Source of the DNA: Chiloscyllium plagiosum
Taxonomy: Eukaryota
Reading direction: 5' to 3'
Assembly (NCBI RefSeq): GCF_004010195.1
Contig: NW_025215242.1
Span: 1 to 61,734 of the forward strand
DNA length: 61,734 nucleotides
The stretch's first letter is position 1. Each line of letters begins with the position of its first letter. The notes under the pieces were generated by a model. It saw nothing but the letters and a program-made list of their open reading frames with translations, did no database searches and was not told where the DNA came from. This document shows positions 48,982 through 60,644 of the stretch, in pieces. Both the position numbers and the translations under genes were made by a program.

Positions 48982-51900
48982 NNNNNNNNNNNNNNNNNNN
49001 NNNNNNNNNNNNNNNNNNNNNNNNNNNNNNNNNNNNNNNNNNNNNNNNNNNNNNNNNNNNNNNNNNNNNNNNNNNNNNNNNNNNNNNNNNNNNNNNNNNN
49101 NNNNNNNNNNNNNNNNNNNNNNNNNNNNNNNNNNNNNNNNNNNNNNNNNNNNNNNNNNNNNNNNNNNNNNNNNNNNNNNNNNNNNNNNNNNNNNNNNNNN
49201 NNNNNNNNNNNNNNNNNNNNNNNNNNNNNNNNNNNNNNNNNNNNNNNNNNNNNNNNNNNNNNNNNNNNNNNNNNNNNNNNNNNNNNNNNNNNNNNNNNNN
49301 NNNNNNNNNNNNNNNNNNNNNNNNNNNNNNNNNNNNNNNNNNNNNNNNNNNNNNNNNNNNNNNNNNNNNNNNNNNNNNNNNNNNNNNNNNNNNNNNNNNN
49401 NNNNNNNNNNNNNNNNNNNNNNNNNNNNNNNNNNNNNNNNNNNNNNNNNNNNNNNNNNNNNNNNNNNNNNNNNNNNNNNNNNNNNNNNNNNNNNNNNNNN
49501 NNNNNNNNNNNNNNNNNNNNNNNNNNNNNNNNNNNNNNNNNNCCGCAATCTACCATTACCATGAAGCTGATCTATGGTTTAGTGACGAGCGTGGGTGAAT
49601 GTGTCAGGGTCAGAACCATGTGTAACAAAACCTGATGACAACCCATTAAAGCTACCGCACTTACTTCTTACTGAAACAAACAGCAGAACTTACATTTGAT
49701 AGAGGGGGAGCAATGATCCCAAGATTGTGACCACTTCTTTTTAAACCAACCCATAATTGTTGCTGACCTGTCTACCCTTACACTTATCTGCTTTTTAGAA
49801 ACCTTGTTCCTTTCATTAGGCATGGTTCAAGAACTTCCTTCCTATTACCATTTTGTCTATTTCATTGATATACTTACAGTGCTTTCCCCTGGGAGAAATG
49901 ATGTAAAATACTGGTGTAAATTATCTGCCTGTTCCCTTGATCCACTTTCCCTGTCATATCCTCAAAATGTCTTCAATATACTTTCCTGACTTCATTTCTA
50001 CCAAAGGTCACACACCCATCTAGAACTGTTTTTATTTACACAGGAAAGTTTATAATGCTTGTTTTTATGTTTCCTGCCAATTTGCTTACATCAAATCTTT
50101 TCTTCCCTTTTCACCACTTTCTAGATTCATACAGTCATATCACGTACTGACCAGGTTTCTCAAGCTACAATAGTCCCATCTGATTGCATTTGATCCTCTA
50201 AACGTTTCCCATTCATATGTTTGTTCAAATGTTCTTGAAATGTTGGAGCTGTACTTGCTTCTACCACTCTTCCTCTGGCAGCTTATTTCATACACACATC
50301 ACCCTCTGTGTGAAAACGTTGCCCCTTCGTCCGTTAAAATCTTCCCCATTTCACCTTAAACCTAAGTCTTTTATGTGTGAAGTCTCCTATCCTATCGAAA
50401 AGATCTTGGCTATTCACCCTATCCATGCCTCTCATGATTTTATGAACTTCCATAATGTCACCCATCAACCTCCATCTGCTATAACTTTCAAGAACAAGCA
50501 TTTAAAGATAAGCACTGCAAATTTGAAACAATATTCAAAATGATAAACAAACAACACTCAGCCCAAACTTCATATTGTGATTTGTTTCTCTCCATGTTAT
50601 AAACACTGAATCAGCGTGGAACTCTTACTCGTGCCAATACGAAGGCAAACATCTGAATTCCTTTTTCTAAAGGGGGCGATGATCTCGACAGTGAAAACGC
50701 ATCTCTGCCCAGATCTTTGTCAGAAAGGGAATTCTTATACCACATAGGCACACTGAGATGAATGCTGAGTATACTTTTTGAAATCTGGATCACAGTGTTA
50801 AATCAGTGCATAAGGGGAGAGGTGTTTCCACTAGCGGGTGAAACTTGGACATGAGGGCGTAGCCTCAAGATTAGAGGGAGAAGATTCAGCACTGAATTGA
50901 GAAGGAACCTCTTCACCCAGAGGATTATTAATCTGTGGAATTCTTTGCCCAGTGAAGTAGTTAACACTACTTCAGTAAACGCGTTTAAAGCTAAGAATCT
51001 TTTTAAAAATAGACCAAGGAAGGGATACAGCGAGAGGACAGGTAAGTGGATCTGAGTCCATGGAAAGGTCAGCCATGATCTTATTGAATGGTGGAGAAGG
51101 GCCAAAGGGTTGGATGGCCTACCCCTGCTCCTCGTTCTGATCTGCTGTGTATGTTTGCGTGGGTCACATCGTCAGTGATTGCAGGGCAAGATTCAATGGG
51201 GCTGTGGGGGTGGGGAGGTTTTGGGAGTGAAGGCAGAATGCACCAGTGTGTCCCAGAGGGAATGTTCTCTGCGAAAGGACAAAGGATTCAAGTGGAACAT
51301 CTGTATGGTAATGGCATTTCACTGGAGCTGGTAGAATTAAAAAATATGTTTCAATGATCACTTGAAGCACCACCACGCATAAGGCTACAGACCAAGTTCT
51401 GGAAAATAGGATGAGAGTGGATAGATGCTTGATGTCTGTCATTGGCGAGATGTGCCAAAAGGCCTCTTTCAGTGCTGTAAAAGTCCCAGTTTCTATGAGA
51501 AACTAACTGCACTAGCCCATATGAACACTATGGCTACAAGAGCAGGTCGGAGTCTGGGATTTCTACAGCGGGTAACACACTTCTTTATTCCCTGAAGCCT
51601 ATCTGTAAGATAACCTGCTATTACACTCCACCTATGTTTAGTGACCAGCAGTCTCCATTAACAACTATTCACTCTCTGAACCTGATCGTTATCCACTTCT
51701 TTGCCCAACTGTGCTTCTCTTTGTTTGGGTTCTTTACCCAGTTATCGTTTATTACTTTACAAGACAGACGTAATAAACATGATGGGATACTCCCTGCTTG
51801 CCTGGATGAGTGCACTGTTGAGGAAGCATGGCGCAGGAGATGCACAGCAGATAAGGCATCATCGGAGTAGCAAGAGACATTTCAGTCATGCCCTTCTTGA

Positions 51901-52429
51901 GGACTCCTGAGTGCAATTCCAACAATACGGCAAAGCTCAACAACATTCAGAAGAGAGCAGCCGAATTGATCAGCACCACNNNNNNNNNNNNNNNNNNNNN
52001 NNNNNNNNNNNNNNNNNNNNNNNNNNNNNNNNNNNNNNNNNNNNNNNNNNNNNNNNNNNNNNNNNNNNNNNNNNNNNNNNNNNNNNNNNNNNNNNNNNNN
52101 NNNNNNNNNNNNNNNNNNNNNNNNNNTTTTGACTTTCCCTTCTTTGTGTTTTTGGTCGACCAACAGTAAATGGACAGCAGTTGTTCAAGAAGGTAGCCCA
52201 TTAGTAAAATTAGCAACAGGCAATAAATCCTGAACTTGTCTGGAATATCCACATCCAATGCGGAACGAAATTTTCTGCTTTGGTGTTTTTAAAAGTTCTC
52301 TCTTACTGGGCTATTTCAGTTTTAATTTCAGAAATATTGATGCAGTTGGGAAACTGAAATGAAGCAGCACATCAGAATCTGATGGAGTTGCTCTGTTTGA
52401 TATCGCCTGAATCTCATCGACCTTTGAGA

Positions 52430-53338
52430 ATGAAAGGAGTAAGCAACATTCACGTTTGAGTGAATCCATTCACTTGGTCTTTCTGTGAGAGGGGCTTGAG
52501 CCAATCATCTGGCTTTTCAGAATATAAACGGAGGGACACTGGAGATAAACTGGAATTGTGGTGATTGTGGAAAGGATTCAATTTCTTGTCTGCTCTGAAA
52601 ATTCATCAGTGTAGCCACACTGGGAAAGAAAAACTTTTCAAATGTTCGGAGTGTGGGAAAGGATTTGCTCAGTTATCTAACCTGCTGTTACACCAGTGTG
52701 ATCACACTGAGGAGAGACCATTTAATTGTACATAGTGCGCCAAATACTTTAAAAGTTCTCAGGAACTGATGCACCATCAAAAAGTTCAGACTGATGAGAA
52801 ACAATTCAAGTGTTCTCAAAGTGGGAGTGGGATCAGGTCAACATCTGATCTCACTTCACATCTGCGAGCTCACTGGAGAGAGGCTGTTCACCTGCTCTAA
52901 CTGTGGGAGAGGATACAGTCAGTCATTTAATCTGCGGAGACAGCAGCAGAGAGATCACACAGAGGAGAGACCACTCATCTGCTGTGTGTGGGAGGAAATT
53001 AATTGATTCCAGAAACCTGCTGAAATCCAAATGTTTTCACACTGGAGAGAAACCATTCACATGTTCTGAATGTGGGGAAGGACCTCTCAGTAATCAAAGT
53101 CACTGACACACCAAAGAATTCACATTGGTGTTCTGAATTTTGGAAAAGATGCACTTAATTCATCTATCCTGCTGATACACCAACGGGTTCACAGTGACAA
53201 GAAACTGTTTTAATGCCAGAGTGTGGGAAGTGCTTTATAAGTTCGCAGGAACAGTAGTCCCATCAATGTGTTCACACTGATGAGAAAACATTCACGTGCT
53301 CTCACTGTGGGACTGGGTTCCTACTGCACATCGGCACA
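52430..53338 (+). pseudogene. C2H2 poly-zinc-finger pseudogene (about 10 decayed fingers)
   Basis: '[38 protein letters not shown]' and 'HTGEKPFTCSECGEG'; many stops and frameshifts; candidate splice acceptor 'ttttaatttcag' ending 52330; AATAAA at 53465. Confidence 0.9.
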
Positions 53339-53604
53339 ATTTATCTGCTGTATCTCCCATAACAGTGACTACACTTCACTATGACTTCAGTTACTATGAA
53401 CCACATTCACAAATCCTGAATGTGTGAAAATACATTTACAAATACAAACCAAGCCTTAGCCATGAATAAAAGGCTCAAGAACAGGGCAGTAAATGGATAT
53501 CTATCCGTCTCATTTCATGGGAGAGAAATCATGGTTGAAAAAAAAACTGTGATTGATACCAGAACAATTAAACACTAGTTCAAGTAAAGAGATAATGAAG
53601 TAAA

Positions 53605-53792
53605 GGAGAAAGTGAGGTCTGCAGATGCTGGAGATCAAAGTTGAAACTTTATTGCTGGAACAGCACAGCAGGTCAGGCAGCATCCAGGGAACAGGAGATT
53701 CGACGAAGAAGGGCCTGTGCCCGAAACGTCGAATCTCCTGTTCCCTGGATGCTGCCTGACCTGCTGTGCTGTTCCAGCAATAAAGTTTCAAC
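53605..53792. mobile_element. Short PLE insertion consisting only of inverted termini, with a 15-bp TSD
   Basis: TSD 'agataatgaagtaaa' at 53590-53604 and 53793-53807; perfect 66-bp inverted repeat at 53640-53705 and 53727-53792. Confidence 0.9.
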
Positions 53793-54124
53793 AGATAATG
53801 AAGTAAACCACTGCTGACAGAATGAATACAGTTCAGTTCTGGATGCAATAACAGCAGATTACCATCACACCCGACCTCACTGGAATGGGTATGTCACCAT
53901 AGTCTTAGCAGGCAATAGGGACTGCTCTCTTTAAAAGAGAGAAAAGCGACTCATGGTGATTTGACCAGAGGGCCTCCAGACCTCATGAGAGGGAAGATTA
54001 TGCGAAGGAGAGTCCTTCAGGGTAACCTCAAACTGGTAATGGGAATTGAGCCCATGCTGTTGGCATTATGCTGCTCTGCAAACCAATAACAGCGCAAAGT
54101 CAGCTGAACCGATGCCCCCTCACT

Positions 54125-55056
54125 GGGATACCATGTGTGGGGATGAATAATTGAATCCCTTGCTACGCACAGTGCAGGTGAATGGTCTTTCCCCACAATG
54201 TGCTTGTTGGTGTTTCATCAAATCATTGCTATTCATAAAACTCTTCTTACAGTCAGAGCACTTACATGTTCTCTCATTTGTGTGAACAAAGCCATAGCTG
54301 CTGAGGTAGGAGATCCGAGTGAACCCTTTCCATCACAAGGAGCAGGTAAAAGGTGTGAATGAACTGGTGCTCCCTGAGTACAGGTAATGAAGTGAATTCA
54401 TCCCCACACTCAGTGTAAGCGTACAGTCTCTCTCTAGAATGGCCACATCTATGTATTTGAAGCTTTGCTGACTTAATGAATCCCTCTCACCCACAGAGCA
54501 GATGATTGACAGTTGACATTAGGCAGAACTGTAAAATTTATTCCTTCGAAACGGAGCAGACAAAGCTTCTTTCGCAATGATGAAGACGCTTGTGTGACAT
54601 GAGTCTTGATCCCCAAGTGAAAACCTTTCCACACATGGATCAGCTAAGTGAATACTCTCCCATAGGAACAGTGTGATGGTTAAATAAAGACCATTGAATT
54701 TAAGATCTTTATAGATCTTAAAGGTTTTTACACCACAATCAGGGGAAAGCTCTCTTGTCAGTGTAAACCCACTGGTGTTAAATGAAGTTGGATGACAGAG
54801 TAAGTCCCTTCCCACATATAGAACAGGTGAACGGTGTCTCCCCAGAATGTCTGTGTCTCCAGCTGGCCTGTGAATTTGCAATCCTTCTCACAAACCAGAC
54901 ATTTCTATGTTGCTGATCTCCCCACATATCTGTTGAATCCTTTCCCCTGAATACAACATATTTATGTCTTCTTGGTCTGTGATTTTTGAAAAAAAAAATA
55001 ACTGGATAATGTTAAATAATTTCTGCGGTCAGTTCAGAGGAACACTCACACGTGTG

Positions 55057-55091
<35 letters not shown>

Positions 55092-55175
55092 GGTTTGGTG
55101 TTTTGCCACTCACAATGTTGTTTGAAATCGTTGCTCACAGACATATCAGATAAACATGTTCCCTTTACATCCATA
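54125..55175 (-). pseudogene. C2H2 poly-zinc-finger pseudogene, heavily decayed
   Basis: Minus translation includes 'VHTNERTCKCSDCKKSFMNSNDLMKHQQAHCGERPFTCTVRSKGF' and 'HSRERLYAYTECGDEFTSLPVLREHQFIH'. Confidence 0.85.
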
Positions 55176-56063
55176 TTAATTTAGTGACTCTGTTGGATCT
55201 TTATATCATGTTTGATTTGACTCAATTCTCTTCAATACTTCCAATTTATTTCTTTTTGAAATGATTTTCAAATATTATCGCAGTCCATACAGGGTAAAAT
55301 CTCAGAAGCAACAAATCCAATTTCAGAAAGACCTCCTTCCTCTATTCTACATCTCATCCCAAATGATCCAAAAGATGCAAAAACCATCATCAAAAGCAAA
55401 ACGGACCCTTCCTGAATAAATCAGGTTGTTGTTGACAACATCTAAGAGACATTGTGCGTCCTGAGGTGCAAACCTGTTGAGCGATGTACGTAGCCAACTG
55501 GTGGATAGCACAGGCCGCTGTCCAGAAGGATGTTATACAAGAGATTATACCTTTGGCTGCTACTGTACATCAGTGGTGAAGAAAGGGAATGGTGAAGGTT
55601 ATTGGTAATGAAGAGTACTGTTCTGTCCCACATGTTGATGAGCTTCTTGTGTTGTTGAAGCAGCATTCAACCAGGCGAATGGAGAGGATTCTGTATCACA
55701 CCTGACTTTCATCTTGTAGGAAGGCAGTCAAGAGGTGAGTTGACTTTTCGCCTCTGCCCTGATCTTCTTTCAAGCTGTATGGTCACTCCTGTTCAGTTTT
55801 TCGTCAATATTACACCCCAGAATGCTGCTCATGGAGAATTCGACAATACTATTGCTGTTTAATGTCAACTAGGGATACTCAGATTTTCTCTTGTTAAAGA
55901 TGGTCTTTGCCAGGCATGGATGTGATACGACTGTTACTTGCCACTTGTGCGAATTTTAGATGCTTGCCCGGTCTTGCTGCACATGGATATGCGATTTTTG
56001 AGAACAGTTTTAGCTCAGGTTGAGCTTCAGGTTGTAAGATTGTTCTCAATGAGAAGAATCTTC

Positions 56064-56389
56064 GAGGAGAAAGTGAGGTCTGCAGATGCTGGAGATCAGA
56101 GCTGAAAATGTGTTGCTGGAACAGCGCAGCAGGTCAGGCAGCATCCTGGGAACAGGAGAATCGACGTTGCGGGCATAAGCACTTCTTCAGGAATGAGGGA
56201 AGTTTGTCCAGCAGGCTAAGATAAAAGGTAGGGAGGAGGGACTTGGGGGAGGGGCGTTACCTTTTATCTTAGCCTGCTGGACACACTTTCCTCATTCCTG
56301 AAGAAGGGCTTATGCCCGAAACGTTGATTCTCCTGTTCCCTGGATGCTGCCTGATCTGATGCACTGTTCCAGCAACACATTCTCACCTC
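56064..56389. mobile_element. PLE insertion forming a ~130-bp imperfect fold-back
   Basis: Arms at 56099-56230 and 56258-56389; same 'gagaaagtgaggtctgcagatgctggagatca' end as 53605; flanking 'aatgagaa' duplicated. Confidence 0.85.
56294..56330 (+). ncRNA. Minimal hammerhead ribozyme motif in a PLE terminus
   Basis: attc-CTGAAGA-a-GGGC ttat GCCC-GAAAC-GTT-gattc: both catalytic-core strands, a 4-bp stem II, palindromic ACGT stem III and an NUH cleavage triplet. Confidence 0.6.
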
Positions 56390-58539
56390 AATGAGAACAA
56401 GCCTACCAGCTCAGCGAGCAAACGTACAAACCAAACACATGGATATGCGCTACATCAGTATCTGAGCAATTGAAAATGACGCTGAATATTGTCCAATTGT
56501 CAACCAAGATCCCTACTTATGAAGGGAAAGTGATTGGCCGAGCAGCTGAAGTTGGTTCGGCCAAAGAATCGACCCTGAGGAACTCCCCTCTAACTAAGAA
56601 GGCCTGGATTCTCAAGCACCATTTGCTTCACAAGTGGGATGTGACACGTCTGAACAGTTTGGTTAAAAATGTCACCTGCAAAAAAATCCAGAGATTCTGG
56701 TAGACTGATGTTTGTTTCAAAGATCACCTGAGGGTGAAGCTGTTATAAAGCTATCGCCAAGGACACTGCAGCACCGGGTAATGGGTTCTGAAGAAGATGC
56801 ACACTGGACTGGAATAGTTCACTCTTTTTCTCCGTCCATATTCCTGCCAGACCCTGCTGACCTCCTTCAACACTGTCTGATTGACTCTCAGATTTTCGGC
56901 ATCTGCATTAGTCACCCTCAGGCCCCGCCCACATTGTGCCGTCACCGACCCGTCTGCGAATGCGTCCAGATCCCCGGCCAAGTTGGAGGCTGTTCATCTC
57001 GGAACTGTGATACATTTAATCTCAAGATATTTTTCGACGTGCTCGCTTATCGCTGAAAGAGTTTTTAAACGCTCTCCAGCTCCTGCAGCCTTAACATGTG
57101 CATCTCTTCCCATTTCCAACGGAGATAAAGTCGATATTGCCAATGTGCTGCCTTCGCCTTTCGTGAGTATAGAGTGCTTTCACCACCGCGGGGCATTCTG
57201 GATAGCTAGGCCCGCCATTCAATTCAGTTATAATAGAAGATTGATTCTGTTCATGAATAACTTTTTTTCCTTGTATTCCAACTTTTCGTTTTCCAAATAA
57301 TATTTGGAAAAACAGAATTGGCGGTTAGAAAAATATCTTAAAATGGGATGCATATATCAAATCTCTCAAATGTTTATTCTGAATGTGTCTCAACATGTGT
57401 CTTTTGTCATCTCATTTTGCAGAGAAATAGAAGGAATGAAAACTGAAGTGTTTCTCTGATTCCAGTTCTGTGCTATCTTCTCAGCTAAAAGGTCCAGCCT
57501 GAGAGTTTACATTGAAGGACAATGAAATTGGTTCAGAGGTGAATATTATTGAGAATTCATCTATAATCCAATACTGAACTTGCTTTGCTGCGGTTCATTG
57601 GTCAGGCCCTGGTGTGATCCCTTTTCTGTGGATATGAATCCATGTCCAGCCATTGCTCTGTTTAATCCCTGTCCTCCGTGACAATCTATTTTCCATTGTC
57701 CATTTTGAGCCACCTTTACTAATGTGGATTTTAATCCGATGTGATAGGTTATTGTTATTCCTTCCAGTCATGTTCAAATGAGGGTTTCATCACGGCATGT
57801 CCCTGAGCTATGTGCTGTTAATTTATTCCACTCGTTTATGTGGCCTCCCTCACAAACATCACTCAGACTTTCCTATGCTCCTGCTTGCTTTTAGTCTTCA
57901 TGCTCCCTCTTACACACTGTATTCCATTCCCTCTTCTTACCACCCACCTCCCCTTCCCTGTCCTTACCACTCCACCTCCCCAACAACCTCTTTCATTTCT
58001 CTTTCATCCCTGAGAGGCCCGAGTCTTATCTTGGTCGAGGTACTTCCTTGATGCATAATAGGACGTAAAACAGTGCATCACAGGAACGGGCCCAAGATGC
58101 TGTGTTGAACTTGCCGATCAAAACCCTTTGTGAAGTCAGCCTTAAACCAAACGGTGTTAGCCTGACAGTAAGTCGGGAACATGCTGGACTGTATTATAAA
58201 GGCTATGACAATAAATGATATCTGGACACTTAGAAATAATGGGAGAAATATGTTTTTTTAGAAGCAGAATATTTTTAAATCTGTTGTATTCTATATTTTG
58301 GTATGAGCATAAATGATAGAATAGATAAGGGTGTGGGAGGCTATTGGTGGTGGAGAATATTTAAAATTTCAGAGGCATTTTGTCAAGGTTCAACAGGGGC
58401 TAAAGTAGGTTCAACAGGGGCTAAAGAATAGCGAGGGAGAGAAAAGAGCCCCTGAAAGGTCAATGAGGCCGTTTATGTGGAATCACAGTTGATGCGGGAG
58501 ATCTGAAAAAAAAAAGTGTTTGGATTTACTGTGGAGAAT

Positions 58540-58735
58540 CCAGGAGAAAATAGCACAAGGAGCGTGCTGTCAGCCCAAAACCGCACCCACCCAATTCACA
58601 TGGCCACTTTCTGCCCCAAGTGTTACAGAGTCTGTGAAAGGCCACATCAGTCTGTACAGCCACCTACAGACTCCCTCTGAGCGTGGGAGATAGTCAGCCT
58701 CATCTGTGACCCATCACCAATGCGATGATGAGAGA
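58540..58735 (+). mobile_element. RTE-clade LINE 3' fragment
   Basis: 'TFCPKCYRVC' then, after a frameshift, 'HISLYSHLQT', resembling the RTE C-terminal CxxC...SHxRxH finger. Confidence 0.55.
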
Positions 58736-60644
58736 GGAAAGTTGAATCCCCTCACTGTTATCCCAATGCCTTTGTTTCAAATTAAAATAATTCCCTGTTA
58801 ATCCAGTGTCTCACAATGTAATGCTGTAAAGGAGCCTGAACACTGCTCTTGCACTTCTGTGTTCTGACCCTTATTACCCAGAATTTGGTCTACAACTGAT
58901 TGATCATCTAAGGCCACATATTTTCTTGATCATCCCATTGTTATCCCTAACGATGAGAGATCCCCATCCTTCTTCCCATTCTGCCTGACTTTCCACAATG
59001 TTGTGTAGCTGTGAATATTAATGCCCCACCTTCTTGTTCACCCTCTGACCATGTCTCCCTGATGGTGATTAGATAGAAATCACAAGTCACACGTGCATAT
59101 CCCTTATTGCAAATATTTCTTTCATCCAAATTTAGAAGCAGTAATTTACTTTTTATCACAATTTCCTGTCACAAACATATTTGCTGATGTACAATATTAG
59201 TTGACTCACTTCCTTCCTGTTTCTTTCTGTTTGTCCTCAGCCACGTCCCCATCTTTCAATATTTTAACCTTTACCCGTGGAATTCGGATTTCCTTTCAGG
59301 TGAGCTCTATACCTTCTCTTGGGTGCCAGTTTAAAGCACTCTGCACAATTCTGGTCATATGATTGACCAGGGCACTGGTTTCACCACTGTACCATCACAA
59401 TAAAATAGGTGACTTCTCCCTTAGAACTGGTAGCAGTTCCCACTGCATCAGACCCAGTTCTTCTGATATCATTGTTTGATTCTGTAAACCTGCTAAACCT
59501 GCTGCACTCTGGTGATATCACTCAGTATTTCTCCATGAGGTATCCCTCACTGTGTGGGTCTAATTGCTGCCTCTATCAACGCCTCTCACTCCTGTAGCTG
59601 GTCTGAGATTCTGAGCCAACAGAATTCTCCACTCCAGAGAGACGCTGCAGCACAAGCTAGGGATGGAGACTGGGATTTTCCAGGTGTCTATTGGACTCAG
59701 TGCTACTCGACATGAGTCACCCTCACTGCCTCAATCTAATTTCCCATTCTGTCTATTTCTCTGTCTCCTGTAGGTAATAAGTATGTTCCTGACTTAACCG
59801 AATTCCTAATTCTCGTCCATTACCACATTGAAGACAATTGGGCAACCAGAGAGAGATGGAGGGTGAGACCTGGAACCTTCAGTAAAGCCTGCAGTCGGTA
59901 AGATCACTCACAGTAAACAGCACAGGGAGGAGTTACTGGCCTTCTGTATTCAGACGTGGAAGACAGGACATAGACACAGTTCTGGGCAAGGAAAAGCAAC
60001 ATTCTAGGCTTCATTCCCACCATCTTGTGAGAGTCCTGCTCCCACCTCTGCTGTACTGGTACTCACTGAGACAACACAGAGGTCCCAGGCATCAATCCTG
60101 CCCCATGCTGTATTAGTGATCTCTGTAATATCCTCCAGTCCCAATAGTCCTCCCTCTGTTTGGAATATCCTTTAATCCACACAACGCTCTTTGTTTCTGT
60201 CAGGTTCTCCAATCCCTAACTCCCTCATCCCTACATTTTTCCAGTAAATACTAAATTCCTTCATCCCTGTAAACCTTGACAGTGCTGTTTCTCCCTGTAA
60301 GCTCCTCCTACCAACCCCACCCTCCATGTCAATGTATTTGTTTTTAACCTCTTATTCTTTCCCTATCTGTGCAAACTTCTCCAGCTCCTAAAATCCTTCC
60401 TTAGCTATGAAAAAAAATGTAATCTCCTTATCCTTCTCCAATTCTTCAAACTTAATCTATGTAAACTTCACCCTCAACTTCTCCCCAACCCCACCAACCC
60501 TCCCGACAATAGAATCTCTTTCAGTTTGTGCAATCGTCGCCTCCAGAGCCTAGAAGTGCGCTTACATATTTAAACGTCCTCATTCACTACAGTCTTCCAT
60601 ATGTCTGTTAGTATATACAATACTCTTCTCCCCCAAACACCCTG

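Larger units (their letters stand above)
10986..52126. other. Eight assembly gaps: 10986-11070, 22618-23316, 28247-29105, 32669-32761, 34532-35373, 39134-39760, 48982-49542, 51980-52126
   Basis: Runs of N. Confidence 0.98.

Noticed and set aside
43470..50110. Similarity between 43470-43700 and 49880-50110
   Set aside because: Both look like old antisense CR1 ORF2 fragments; without alignment to a consensus I cannot distinguish paralogy from independent insertions.
22537..52258. Long ORFs of 200-400 aa in the track
   Set aside because: Apart from the CR1 ORF1, they are open only because they run through N gaps.
58385..58430. 21-bp tandem duplication (similar short ones near 9727 and 30543)
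   Set aside because: Ordinary slippage duplications inside decayed repeats.
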